Shown: positions 1 to 13,070 of the stretch, piece after piece | How the letters are laid out: every line of letters starts with the position of its first letter | How positions within the stretch are numbered: position 1 is the first letter of the stretch | Assembly: GCF_006345805.1 (NCBI RefSeq) | Contig: NC_043005.1 | Coordinates: 17,856,001 to 17,920,000, forward strand | Source of the DNA: Octopus sinensis | Taxonomy: Eukaryota | Length of the DNA: 64,000 nucleotides | Direction: 5' to 3' | Program-made: the position numbers and the translations under genes | The notes under the pieces: model-generated | Databases searched by the model: none | What the model was told of the DNA's origin: nothing | Seen by the model: only the letters and a program-made list of their open reading frames with translations

Positions 1-814
1 TGTTGTTGTCTTGTTTTTTATTTTCAATTAAGAATACAACATGTTGCGGTATTCTGAGATTTTCACATCTGTTACTGATACTGCAATACGTCTCAGTAAA
101 ATGGGAATAAAGAGGGCTTCCCAGCTTTTTCAACGTGGTCACACGCATGCCTATCACTGTTCTGTACGTTAGCGATTCATAGGGGTTGATGCTAGTCGCC
201 GGTCAACCTACGATCAACGACATTTTTGGTATGACCACCTTGTCTTATTTTTGGACTACAGTTATTCAATATGCTTTTTGTTAGCTTTTTAAACGGTAGG
301 CCATGGAGATTTGGCTTCTAATGATATACGGGCTGGTCCCGTGCCGTAAAAAGTGATGGCTAATTGCAGTATTTTATATATAAATAAGGACAAAAGATAG
401 AATATGGATGGTAAATCAAATTAACACACTTGTCAATGTTATCTAGTGGTTGTCTTTTGAGTGTGACATCGACCATATTTTGTTATTGAAAGAAAGCTGG
501 TTCACATATTTCCCATGTACACGCATACACAGGCACATATATGCTGACACAGAGTTGAAACGCTGTTTGATTTTTCGTTTCGGCGTCGAATGTTCACCAT
601 CCCACTTCCATTGCACGCACACACACAAACATTCACATACCTCCCTTTTACATACACACACATATACACACATGATTTTTTTTCACTGTAGGATTTTCAT
701 CATCCCACGACCAAGTTTGCTATCACTCCTTCCTTCCTTATTCACCTATCACCCCTTCCTTTCTCATTCATATGTTGTGACAGAGAAAAACACAAGTGTT
801 ATTATAGTAGATAT

Positions 815-1018
815 CTTTTATCGTTTGTCTCAGCCATTAGAGTGCGACCATGGTGGGGCACTGCCTTGAAGAATTTTAGTCGAATCGACCCCAGTACTTA
901 TTATACTGAAAGCTGGTTCAGAGTTTATCGGTCTATTTTGTCGAACGCTAAGTTACGAACCAACACCGGTTTTCAAGTAGTGGTGGGAGAAAAATACAGA
1001 CACACAGACACACGCACG

Positions 1019-1066
<48 letters not shown>

Positions 1067-1232
1067 ATATACACAACGGGCTTCTTTCTGTTTCCATCTA
1101 TCACATCCATTCACAAGGCTTTGGTCGGACCAAGGCTGTAGAGGAAGACACTTGCTCAAGGTGTCACGCAGTGGGTCTGAACCCAGAACCATGCAGTTGG
1201 GAAGCAAACTTCTTACCACACCGCTGCGTTTG
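815..1232 (-). mobile_element. tRNA-derived CORE-like SINE (family S1), diverged copy
   Basis: Reverse complement has a tRNA-like head with B-box GGGTTCAGACCC, a CORE-like CCTTGAGCAAGTGTCTTC, an internal (TG)n and a decayed GGCAGTGCCCCACCATGGTCGCAC tail; homologous to 13071-13392 and 46500-46906. Confidence 0.75.
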
Positions 1233-1881
1233 CGCTTATACGCACGATTTTTCAAAAAGGATGCATAAATGCTCACCCGCCCCACACGTTCTTCATAAAA
1301 ATATTTTTTTATACGAAACAGGCTGAAACTGTGGTTCATTGTTTGACTGACGAACACATTTGATAAGAGACGTTGAATTTCTTTTATGTGTTTTAAATAT
1401 TTAAAACCCGTATTGAAGAAACAACTTTCATATTTATTCCATTGACATTAAAATGAGCTGAGTTCTAACTGGTTGAACCATAAAACACCGCTACTCATTG
1501 ACGAGCCGTAATAACTTCCATTATGTTCAAATATATTAGCTAATAAACGGTAAACTCATCTTCGTATTCTATCCAAAATGAAACTGCTTTAATGCATTTA
1601 TTTTATTTCATTTTATCGTTGTGCTTGTACACATTTCATTTTATGTTCTAAAATTTCCATATATGGAAACATTTTTATTTTCCATTAATTTTCATTAACT
1701 TGTCAACGAAAATTCTCTCTTCCTCTCATTCTTCTTTCTCACTCTGAACCCTGCCTCTCTTTTTTCCTCACTATGTCTCCTCTGCTTGTCTTTCTTTATA
1801 TCTTTACGTTATTTTTCTTGGATAACAGAAGAAAAATATGAGAAAGCTGGTTTGCGTCTTCTGTTTTTCATTCTTGTATAT

Positions 1882-2111
1882 ATTTCTTTACTACCCACAA
1901 GGGGCTAAACACAGAGGGGACAAAAAAGGACATACAAACGGATTAAGTCGATTATATCGACCCCAATGCGCAACTGGTACTTAATTTATCGACCTCGAGA
2001 GGATGAAAGGCTAAGTCGATCTCGGCGGAATTTGAACCCAGGACGTAGCGGTAGACGAAATACGGCTACGCATTTCGCCCGGCGTGCTAACGATTCTACC
2101 AGCTCGCCGCC
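1882..2111 (-). mobile_element. tRNA-derived SINE (family S2)
   Basis: Reverse complement starts GGCGGCGAGCTGGTAGAATCG with B-box-like GGGTTCAAATTCC and ends GTGGGTAGTAAAGAAATA; near-identical copies at 24167, 25139, 34542, 57528. Confidence 0.85.
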
Positions 2112-2124
2112 TTTTCATTCTTAT

Positions 2125-2265
2125 GTAGTATGGTTAAATAGTTACGAAGTTCGTTCCGCAAGCACGCGCTTTTGGGTTCAGTCTCACCGATGGCACCTTC
2201 GGTAAGCCCTTTTGCTATAGTTTCGGGTCAACCTTTGCCTTGTGAGTGGTTTTGGTAGACAAACA
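2125..2265 (+). mobile_element. S1 SINE 5' fragment, degenerate
   Basis: GGGTTCAGTCTC...GGCACCTTCGGTAAG...GCCTTGTGAGTGG matches the S1 head and core. Confidence 0.55.
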
Positions 2266-2518
2266 TTCATATATATATATATATATATACGAACTTCGTA
2301 ACGATTTTGTATATTTTTGGAGTTTTCCGGTAGTATCTGAAGGCCTCGGCATTCCAGCATATTCGAGATAAGTCGTTCTTTTCGCCCTTGTTCCCTTAAT
2401 ATAATTATATATATAATTATTAATTTAATGTATAAATTACCTATAGATTTTTATTGCATGCTGACTACATGATAAAAATCATAAACGTGATTTTATCCTT
2501 ACATTCTTATATGTATTA

Positions 2519-3046
<528 letters not shown>

Positions 3047-3094
3047 AATGCGTGCTTGTATATATGTGTGTGTGTTCATGTATATGTATGTTGT

Positions 3095-3288
3095 GGATGA
3101 GTTTGTCCCCCACCACTGGACAACCGGTGTTTGTTTGTTTACTTCCCAATAATCTAGCTGTTCAGCAGCTGAAAATGATAGAATACGTAGCAGACTTATA
3201 AACGATCTGTTTGTTCGTCTAACCCCACAGGGTAGTGCTCCAACATGGCAGCACTCTAATGACTGAAAGAAATGAAAGTGTAAAAGAG
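3095..3288 (+). mobile_element. S1 SINE 3' half, degenerate
   Basis: GACAACCGGTG...GATAGAAT...GTGCTCCAACATGGCAGCACTCTAATGACTGAAAG matches the S1 3' region and tail. Confidence 0.6.
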
Positions 3289-3531
3289 CATTTGCTAAAT
3301 GCAAGACATAGCAACCAAATCTCCCTGAAATCACATCAGTTATCTTAATAAAAGGAAGAACACGTTAGGTAATATAGTCATAGATTTACAAAAAGATGGG
3401 AAGGAACACTTTTGACCAGAGATCTACTCGATCAGGATTAACCTGGGGCTAAACAATAGCATCACGTATGGAAATAGATATATGTTAATTCCATTGATTA
3501 TTTGATAATAGCTTTTGTGAATTATATGTTA

Positions 3532-3922
3532 CTAGCAGTATCGCCCGGCGTTGCTCGGGTTTGTAAGGGAAATAACTATATAAGCATTTTTAGAGATGTA
3601 AAGTATAATAGCCATCTCAATATGGCTAACCACAAAGGGGGGTGTTACTGTAGCTTTTTACGTTCTGAGATTTAATAAATTTTTAGAGAGTTACTTCCCT
3701 TATATATGCCAAAAATGCATTAAAATGGGAAAAATTGATGGTAATTTTTTCTTTTAATCGTAGACTCATTGTAGACACGTGCTAATACCCAGAAGGGCTC
3801 GATATGAATCATGACTATAAGATACCTTGTTTTGGTTAAACTGCACCGCAAAATGAGGGAGTAGTTAGGAATCTAAATTGTAGGAGACAGACAGCACACA
3901 ACCTCACTTTTATATATAAAGA
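3532..3922 (-). mobile_element. non-autonomous Helitron
   Basis: On the minus strand: A^TCTTTATATATAAAAG 5' end, subterminal hairpin CCCGAGCAACGCCGGG, 3' end CTAG^T, no TSD. A second copy lies at 11140-11531. Confidence 0.85.
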
Positions 3923-4574
3923 TATATTTATTTAAATCATCTAGATTGAAAATGTGATAATTTATTTGTCAGTCTGGCATGTTTAACATTCATATCATAT
4001 CGTCTTTAAAAATAACGAAAGACCAATAGGATAACATACTACTCCCTGATATACAAACAACCGTAATGTTCATGACATCAACACTTTTGTTCATCAGTTT
4101 GATTGATTAAAGCTGACCCGGGGTTAAAAAACATCAATAACATGACCACACCTAATTTAATTCATGTATTTAAAATATCTTTTAAACATATTTTAGCAAA
4201 CGACATTTCCTCTTTATTCTATTCGCAGTAAATTGAACTAAGCTATTGCGAGTAAAGCTACTAAATACCGCAGCATATTGACGTACAGCAAATGGTTTCC
4301 ATTATGTCCCGATATTCTAGTCAGCAGACGATAAACTCAGCTTCGAATTTTATCAAATTGAAATTGGATAAAATATTTGATAATAATATTTTTTATATGT
4401 ATTTCTTTAGTTGATTGCACTTTATTCAATCTATATATTATTGTTTCTTCACACATTTATTGGTAGGCTCTAAATTTTCCATATATGGAAATATTTTTGT
4501 ATTCCATTAATTTTCATTAAGTAGCTCACGTTGTTTTCTCCCTCAGCCTCCTTTATCTTCTCCACCACTTTCAT

Positions 4575-5184
<610 letters not shown>

Positions 5185-5898
5185 ATATATCTATCTGTCT
5201 ATCTGTCTCTTTCTCTTGTCCTCTGGTTTCTGTTTCTGCTAAATGTAATAAGTAAAATCTTAGACACATAAAGATTATTACAGATACTGGCATTAATATA
5301 TAGTTAAGGATTTTCTTTCTCAAACGTGTAGTTTCTGGTTTGTTTCCAATACGCAGCACTTTGACAATGGCTATTTTACTATAATATCAGGTTGGCCAAT
5401 ACTTTGTAAATGAAATTTAGCAGAAGGAAGATGTACAGAATCAATCGTATTTATGTATGCTTGCAAGATAGTACATATGAGTATGTGCATGTCTATATTT
5501 GTGTGTGCATGTGTATATTTGCATGTGCATCTGTGTGAGTGTGTATGTCTGTTGGTGTGTGGGTGTGTGCGTGTGCATAAATATATACTTAATGGCATGA
5601 GAGTTATGGAGAATTTTTTGTTCTCTAGATTATCTTCTTAAATATAGTAGTAGTTTCTAGAAAGAAACGATCACCAATTACCTCTCCTTAGATTTTTCTA
5701 CTTGTTGATTCATTTACAAAACTTACTTCCAAGAACATGGATTAAAATCTTCTTAAAAGAATACGAAATTGCAATAATTTCAGTGTCATGATTAGGGAAA
5801 GCGAAGCCGGTCGAGAAACACAATACTCTTTCACTTATAAAATATTATAAAACTATGTAAACTGTCTGTATTTTTTTCTTTTATTATATATATATATA

Positions 5899-7139
5899 CA
5901 CAGACATGACAGAAGTAAATAGACACCCCATGAAACATCGTTTTACGTTTATTTTAACTTGAAAAGGTCTATATTTCCTACTAATTGACATTTTCACTTT
6001 TCAGGTTCTATATGTGACTGTTTAATCATACCACGTACAAAAGGAGCCTTGGAACAATCCGAATTTCAAAGATGTCATATTATGGGTCAATCTGAAAGTG
6101 GACTTAACCAGCGTAAAATCACAGGAAACCTTGGGACCCCGCTTTTCTACAGTTAATAGAGTGATGATGCAATTCACAAGAGAGGAAGAGGAGTCCACAT
6201 AATCTCGCCCAGGTTGACCAGGGCCCTCTGACAAGACCATTCGCTTTGTTAAGAAAAGTGGGAGGATAATACTCGTTGCAAGCCCTCTGACATAGCAGAA
6301 CAAGTCGATGTCAGTCCCAGAACAGCTGTCAGGTATCTCTACAGACTTGGCTACTGTGGCAAAGCTGCAAGAAAGAAGCAACATCTTCGACCAGTCAATA
6401 TTAAGCGGAGATAGATTGGGCCAATAAGATAGTGGAGAGGCCACTAGCATTTTGGGACTGTCATATTCTCTGATGAGTCCAGATTTGCAGTATATTCTGA
6501 CAGTGGTCGAGTGTGGGTCTGGAGACTCTGTGGTCAAGAATTTGACATGAAAAGGTTGCATCCAACAATGAAACACGATGGCTGTTCTGTGATGGTCTGA
6601 GGAGCAATTTGGAGCAACGAACGATCAGAGCAGGTAGAGTGTGAGGGAAACACAAACTCAGATAAATATGTGTCCATATTGCAGAAAGGACTCTTTCCAA
6701 TCTTCTCCAGTGGTAAAATGATAAAAGAAAACTCTTTATTTATAGAAGATGGGTCTCTTTGTCACTCGGCTAAAAAGACCTAAGGTTGGTTGGAAGAGAA
6801 TGGCATTAAAAAGCTTCCAGGTCAGTTACCAGATATGAGCCCTATTGAACACATTTGGGGAATAATGGGCAGGACACTTCGTAAAAAGAACAAAAAAGCA
6901 TTCCCAAAGCTAGATTTTTTGAGATAACTGCGTGAAACCTGACAAGAAATTCCTCAAGAGAATATTCGTCGTTTGATCAGTAGCATGCCTAATAGGGTCT
7001 ATGCATTGAAAAGTGCAAAGGGTATGTCTATTAAGTATTAGATATTCACATTATAATAATTAATAAGTTGAATGTATAATTTCAGATTAGAATAAATTTT
7101 AACGATTCACAGATTGCCTATTTACTTCTGTCATGTGTG

Positions 7140-7141
<2 letters not shown>
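5899..7141 (+). mobile_element. full-length decayed Tc1-like DNA transposon (~1.24 kb)
   Basis: 27-bp TIRs CACAGACATGACAGAAGTAAATAGACA (5899-5925, after TA) and TGCCTATTTACTTCTGTCATGTGTGTG (7115-7141) enclose the transposase pseudogene. Confidence 0.9.
6028..7041 (+). pseudogene. Tc1-family DDE transposase pseudogene (stops, frameshifts)
   Basis: Manual translation gives AARKKQHL, IFSDESRF, GRVWVWR, MKHDGCSVMV*G, FIEDG..CH, GQLPDMSPIEHIW, SMPNRV..LKSAKGMSIKY*. Second D to E spacing is 32 here, probably DD34E with a 6-bp deletion. Confidence 0.9.
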
Positions 7142-7170
<29 letters not shown>

Positions 7171-7189
7171 TTTGTGTGCGTGTGTGTGT

Positions 7190-7400
7190 TTTGTGTCCTT
7201 ACAAGTTTGTTTCCCCTACCGTTTGACAACCATTCTTGGTTTGTTTACGTCTTCATAACTTAGCAGCTCAGTAAAAAAGACCGATAATAAGTACCAGCCG
7301 TAAAAAGAAAGGAATCAGATTTGTCGATAAAAATTCTTCAAAGCGGTGCCCCAACATGGCCATAGTCTAATCACCAAAGCAAGTAAGATATAAAAGATAA
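7190..7400 (+). mobile_element. S1 SINE 3' half, degenerate
   Basis: GACAACC...GACCGATAATAAGTACC...AAAGCGGTGCCCCAACATGGCCATAGTC tail. Confidence 0.6.
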
Positions 7401-7677
7401 AACTGTATACCTTTATACATTTACACACATACATATGTAGACATACACATCTTTACATATGAATGTCTCATCAAAAGTTTGAAAGAACGGAAATTTATAG
7501 AAAATTGAGAAACCCACAGCTCTTATATCTAGGATATAAACTATCATTGTACTCATTATCATATGTGCACGGGCTATGTGACAATAGACTTGCATAAAAA
7601 CATAAAAACCTAGAAGTGACGAGATTCTCCAACATAGAGCAAAGTAAATTGGTTTATGTGTGTATGTATATATATAT

Positions 7678-7710
<33 letters not shown>

Positions 7711-7711
7711 A

Positions 7712-8330
7712 ACTTGGAGAAGAGAAATAGAGAAATAACGCGTGCGTTCGGTCATATAGTAATATAATAAATAAATAAAATATATGCATATATACATACA
7801 TATATGTACATACTTACATCTACATGTATATATACATGCATACATATATATATATATATATATATATGAGTACAGGACACCACAAATAAACGTAGAACAC
7901 AACGAGAGACGAGAACATAAAACCAAACAAGGAAACGGACTTTTTTTAAACAACGAAAAAACAGAGTACAGGACAAACAATACAAGGAAAATTCCCCTTC
8001 ATCAGCTGTCCCTGGTTCGACTCAAAGTGTGTTTCGAAGGTAAGAACAGAACACAGTCGAAGCAGTCCTTCCTGCAAAAGGAATTAAATAAAATTCTTTT
8101 GCAGAGGGGTAAAACAAGTGACAGAAACAGGACGTAAAAGCAATACAAATGAAGAAAAAACAGTACAATAAAATGAAGAAAAAACAGTACAATAAAAAAA
8201 CAAGACAGGAAACAGACAATAAGGGCTTTTTTTGCCTGGACGGTGGAAAAATTAGTTAGAACGCTTGTGAAAAATCGGCTTACGAAGGACAGAGAAGTCG
8301 ATCTATACTTGTTGAAAGACGAAGCTGAAA
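7712..8330. repeat. (TA)n-associated dispersed repeat P1 (putative Penelope pLTR-derived)
   Basis: Homologous to 14467-15035, 31330-31770, 32220-32310 and 40760-41010; contains CCCCTTCATCAG (CTGATGAAGGGG on the minus strand); flanked by (TA)n. Confidence 0.65.
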
Positions 8331-8641
8331 CATATATATATATATGTATGTGTGTGTTTAAACCATTAAAAAAAAAACGTATGCTCATTTCCCTCGCTTT
8401 CAGCCAGTGCCATTGTGGTAAATAATGTAGACCTTAGGGCCATTTGGCGTCTATTTTTAACATGTGGCGCTACTCATTAGTGTCCTTACTATAATTTTAT
8501 TTATATAATTATATATTTTGTATTAAGTTTTACCTATATGGTTTATTGCATGCTGGCTACTTGATAAAATCTTATATAGATTTTACCCTCGATTATAAAG
8601 GCACACACACAAACATATATACTTACACATATGTATGTATG

Positions 8642-8741
<100 letters not shown>

Positions 8742-9210
8742 CACATGTGCGTGAATGTGCAGCTGTGCCTGTCGTACCATCTCGTGTGCTACAGTTTTAC
8801 AAAAGCAAGAGCACATTGGATGATGTATAGCTGGATAAACTGTTCCTGAATAAAGTATAGGATTTGTCAGTTATGGCTAAAAAGCTTTGATCATGAGGTT
8901 TCTGAGTCAGAGCTGACCTGGAACAAAAACAGCCGCTGAATCGATGCAATCATTGGCCCTAAAATTATGCAGATGCTCAGAATCAATATTACGTAGAACG
9001 TGATAACATGACCTGCTAGAAGTAGCTACAGGATTTCCTCAAATTCAAGCCTACAATTTAAAAACGGAAACATTATATTAAATGTTTTCCTAGATACACT
9101 TTAAATACGATTATGACCGGATTATTTCTGATTATAAGTTTAACCCCGAGTGGTTTACGTGAAGCCAAACTACCACCCCACAACAAAAACAACGATATGG
9201 CCATAATATA

Positions 9211-10125
9211 CGAGGGAGTGCTGAAAAGTTCCTGGCCTTAACCACTTGAAAACGGTTAACGCAAATATGCGATCACACTTCTGCTTGCCTACCCGCGGTT
9301 AACGTAAATATACGATGTAGAGCTGCCCTACATCTATCACGGACTTTTTAGCGGATGACGTATGTTTACATTCGCTATCGTGTACTTTATCTCTTGAGGT
9401 GCGTGCACTCACCGTCCCGTGCATTATCTTAGCTATTTTAGGTTACGTTCAAGTCATGAGACTAGCAGTTGACCAATGACATGCGGATACTTTACATGCA
9501 TAAGCATTGGTACAGGGGGTATAAAAGTAACGGTCTCCAGCGAAAACGCATCATAATTCAAAATGTCAGCAAATCAATTATAAGTTCTGCGTTCGCGCCT
9601 CTGTCCTCCATCAGCGAATTTACGCCCGTAGGCGCGAAACCAGATATCGTTGTCCGGACTGTGATGTGTCCCTTTGCATAATACCGTGTTTTTAGTTGCA
9701 CCACACGCAAGCTATTTTTTGAACTTGAGCAGAATAACTCGTGCATATCACATTATGATAAATAGCTTCACATAGTTCGTTTTCATAAACCGGTAGACGT
9801 AAATGTACGACGCTATGTTATTGTAACGGTGAACGTAAATAGACGCGAGCTCGCTGGCACTTGTGTGTTCGTGTGGCCTCATTAGATAAACAAACCCGAA
9901 GCAGTTTCTCGCATGCTTCGGGTAATACCGGCGTCAAGGGGTTAAGGGTGTAGCGAAAAACCTGGTTGGAGGCCCAACCTTCCGAGTTCTTTTACAGGAA
10001 AACTGAAGGATCGCTGCAATAAGCGTGTGAATCTGAGAGGGTAAATATGTTGAATAAAATGATAATTAATTGATCCGCCTGCATTTTCTTTTACACAAAG
10101 CCAGGAACTGTTTAGCAGCCGCTCG
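9211..10125 (+). mobile_element. internally deleted mariner (MITE), interrupted by a piggyBac-like insert
   Basis: TA-flanked imperfect TIRs CGAGGGAGTGCTGAAAAGTTCCTGGC / GCCAGGAACTGTTTAGCAGCCGCTCG. Retains a mariner-like C-terminal remnant KLKDRCNKRVNLRG*IC* (AATATGTTGAATAA reads YVE* after a 1-nt shift). About 211 bp once the insert is removed. Confidence 0.8.
9242..9941. mobile_element. non-autonomous piggyBac-like element (700 bp)
   Basis: TTAA at 9238-9241 and 9942-9945; imperfect TIR CCACTTGAAAACGGT vs CCCCTTGACGCCGGT; subterminal CGGTNNACGTAAAT repeats near both ends. Confidence 0.75.
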
Positions 10126-10420
10126 TATAACATGCGGAAGGTCAAATGTTAAAAAAAAAAGTTTTGATCAAGAAGACTACAGCAGGCAAGAAGCAAGACA
10201 ACAGCAGGCATACAGAAATGGATCAAACAACGAAGAGGCTACTTGCTCAAGCTTCAACACTGCACTACATACACTCAAACAGCGAATATCAGAATCTAGA
10301 GCAGGAGTGGGGAAACTTTTTTGTGCGGCAGGCAAAAATTTACCAAGAAAAAGGTCCGCGAACGGATCACAAGTTCTAACTCTTATATTGGTGTAAATCT
10401 TGCATACATCTATGTATAAT

Positions 10421-10540
10421 TTGATCGGCCATATCACTTTGAAAACACCGGTTCTCCTCCGATCACTGAAGTTAAGCAAAGTCGAGCCTAGTTAGTACTT
10501 AGATGGGTGATCGCTTGGGAAACTTAGGTGCTGTAAACGT
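10421..10540 (+). rRNA. 5S rRNA-derived sequence (pseudogene / SINE head)
   Basis: CGGCCATATCACTTTGAAAACACCGGTTCTCCTCCGATCACTGAAGTTAAGCAAAGTCGAGCCTAGTTAGTACTTAGATGGGTGATCGCTTGGGAAACTTAGGTGCTGTAAAC is recognisably invertebrate 5S (box A, IE, altered box C). The 5' strand of helix I is disrupted. Confidence 0.85.
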
Positions 10541-10604
10541 CTTTCTATCCTAATGGCGGTGCTCCAGCATGGCCACAGCTCGTGTGCTGAAACTAGATAA
10601 AATA
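10421..10604 (+). mobile_element. putative 5S-derived SINE (SINE3-type)
   Basis: 5S head followed within about 15 nt by GGCGGTGCTCCAGCATGGCCACAGCTCGTGTGCTGAAACTAGATAAAATA, the same tail as the S1 SINE. Confidence 0.65.
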
Positions 10605-11139
10605 TGTTAATAAGGATAAGTTTAACACATTAAATTAACGTTTAACATCTTCATTAACGCCGCCACTCAATTTAGGACGTTTATATTACTTATGAGGTAT
10701 TCGATATTTTTCCGTTAAAGTGTTGTTGGGTCTCAAGGGTGTAGTACAAACGTAGCAATATGTCTTTTATAGTGTAAACAAAATTTCCATTCAAATGGCA
10801 ATTACCGGGCGATTTCTGACCATTCTAAGTCGTAGTGGAAACGCGACCTATTTCACAAATAGGTATACGAATATTGTATAAATTTTGATTGAAAAATTTA
10901 CTATATTTTGTACATATGAGTATATCAGTCTGTGGGTGCAATAAAACGAGCTCGTAGGTGCAATTGCGCCCGCGGGCGGTTTTCCCCCACCCCTCATCTA
11001 GAGTATAATCGCCAATTAGAAGTACAGAAACATTTTGAATAGTGAAGAAAATACAATTTTCTCATACTGCAGCATTGTACCACATAACCACTATATGACA
11101 GACTTTGCCGTATACCAGACGAACGTATTATATACGTAA

Positions 11140-11531
11140 CTAGCAGTATCGCCCGGCGTTGCTCGGGTTTGTAAGGGAAATAACTATAAAGCATTTTTAG
11201 AGAGTTATAGCCAAAAAAAAAAATGCATTAAAAATGGAAAAAAAATTATGGTAAATTTTTTTTAAAAATCGTTGACTCATCGTAGACTTTTTTAGAGAGT
11301 TACTTCCCTTATATTTTTAAAATATGCATTAAAATGGAAAAAATGATGATAAATCATTTTTAAAATCGTAGACTCATCGTAGACAAGCGCTTATACCCAG
11401 AAGGGCTCGATATGAATCACGACTATAAGATACCCAGTTTTGGTTAAACTGCACCGCAAAATGTGGGAGTAGTTAGGAATCTAAATCGGAGTAGACAGAC
11501 ACTCACACAACTTCACTTTTATATATAAAGA
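11140..11531 (-). mobile_element. non-autonomous Helitron (same family as 3532-3922)
   Basis: Same TC...hairpin...CTAG ends, inserted at A^T. Confidence 0.85.
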
Positions 11532-12130
11532 TATATTTAGAGATCACTCCAAATCATTCGACTGACTACTTACGCACTCTATGTCTGTCTATTCAACCCA
11601 AAACATAACAAATGTATTATTATATTTATTCTACAAATATCCTCATAGCATAATTGTCATCAGCATAAATAACATAGCCATAATCATCATCGTTCAAATC
11701 AGTAACGGCATCAAAGCCACCAGGTGTCATTAACTGTCATTCTGAAGGAAAGTCTGTATAAATTGCCAAACATACGGTATTGTATATTCAATAATATGGC
11801 GGAAATCAGTTGATTGCTTCAGAAATACATTATAAAATTTTCAGTTATAATTACGAGGAATGTCAGTTTGATGTATTATAGCGTTCAATTCTCAGCAAAT
11901 ACTAATGGCATGTGTGTGTGTATGTGTGTGTGTGTGTGTGTATGTATGCGTGTGTGTATGCATGTGTGTGTGTGTGTGCATTGGTTTCTGTGTGCGTATT
12001 TGTGGTGGTAGTGCTATATGTATGTATATCTGTATGTTTGAATGTATATGTATCTATATCTCTGTCTTACTCTCTTCACCTCTCTTTCTCTATCTCTCTC
12101 ACTGTGTCTCTGTGTTTCTCTTACCGTGTC

Positions 12131-12185
<55 letters not shown>

Positions 12186-12244
12186 ACACACGCACAGACA
12201 TATATATATATATATATATATATTCAAAATGTGGCCACGTGTGT

Positions 12245-12447
12245 ACCGTTGGCGATTTTTTTTTCCTCCGTCTTCCCTGGATCTTCCCTGGATCTTTCCT
12301 TTTCCTATGTTTCTGACGAAGAGCTCCCCTCGAAACGTAAAACCCTCCTTCTTTCCTTCCTTCCTGAGCGTCCAATAATACTATATTTGTTCCACGTCCT
12401 CGCGTTGTTGTGTTTTCTCTTTGTGTTTTCATGTTTGGATTAACTTT
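12245..12447 (+). repeat. (TA)n-adjacent repeat P2 carrying a minimal hammerhead motif
   Basis: Homologous to 60440-60620; ends in (TA)n. Confidence 0.6.
12309..12343 (+). ncRNA. minimal type-I hammerhead ribozyme motif
   Basis: GTTT-CTGACGA-A-GAG(CTCCC)CTC-GAAAC-GTA-AAAC: stem I GTTT/AAAC, stem II GAG/CTC, loopless palindromic stem III (ACGT), predicted cleavage after 12339. Confidence 0.6.
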
Positions 12448-12654
12448 ATATATATATATATCAGTGGCGAGCGGTGACTTCCGGGGCTGGGCATGCAATG
12501 AATTTCTTTGCCCCCCCACCCCGGGCAATTTTTCAGTAAAAAAAATTTTCGAATTCCTACGATTTACATATGGGAGATTCTGAATATGCAATCAATCCCG
12601 TATGACCTAGAATAAAAAAAAAAACGTCGCCCTGGTACTATTTGCGCGCGCTGG

Positions 12655-12800
12655 CTAGTCGTGACTAGTCGATCCTACGACTATCTAGCAAAGTAAATAA
12701 ATTTTTTAAACAAAATATATAAAACACAAAAACACAAAGTAAATAATGTTTTAAACAAAGTAAATAAAACACAAAGTAAGGATCGACTAGTCACGACTAG
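12655..12800. mobile_element. 146-bp MITE with 22-bp perfect TIR and CTGG 4-bp TSD
   Basis: CTAGTCGTGACTAGTCGATCCT (12655-12676) / AGGATCGACTAGTCACGACTAG (12779-12800); CTGG at 12651-12654 and 12801-12804. Confidence 0.8.
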
Positions 12801-13070
12801 CTGGCGTGGATGCTCGGGTGCGCGCACCGGGACCACTCTTCTTAAATAGTACCCATGATTTTTAAATTGTTTGCAATACTCATCAAATTTGTTGAAATTC
12901 GAAAGTTCCATGAATTTAAACTCTTCTAAGGATGAATATCGTGCTTTTATTTGGTCAACTATTGTACTGATAATTTTGTTATAAAGCATTTTATAATGTC
13001 GTTGGGGCTCAATAGATATATTCTTGGATCTCTGAATTCCGATTCCTGCATCGACTCCATATTTTTACTC

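Noticed and set aside
6022-6576. 184-aa minus-strand ORF
   Set aside because: Antisense shadow of the plus-strand Tc1 transposase pseudogene.
7985-8045. Type-II hammerhead in P1 (GAAAC...GTC upstream of CTGATGA on the minus strand)
   Set aside because: Stem I does not pair at 1.1-2.1 in any of three copies examined.
8145-8195. Short direct repeats that could suggest a CRISPR array
   Set aside because: Only two adjacent copies with no unique spacers, in eukaryotic repeat context.
10421-10540. Functional 5S rRNA gene
   Set aside because: Helix I 5' strand is broken, box C is altered, there is no tandem array, and it is fused to a SINE-type tail.
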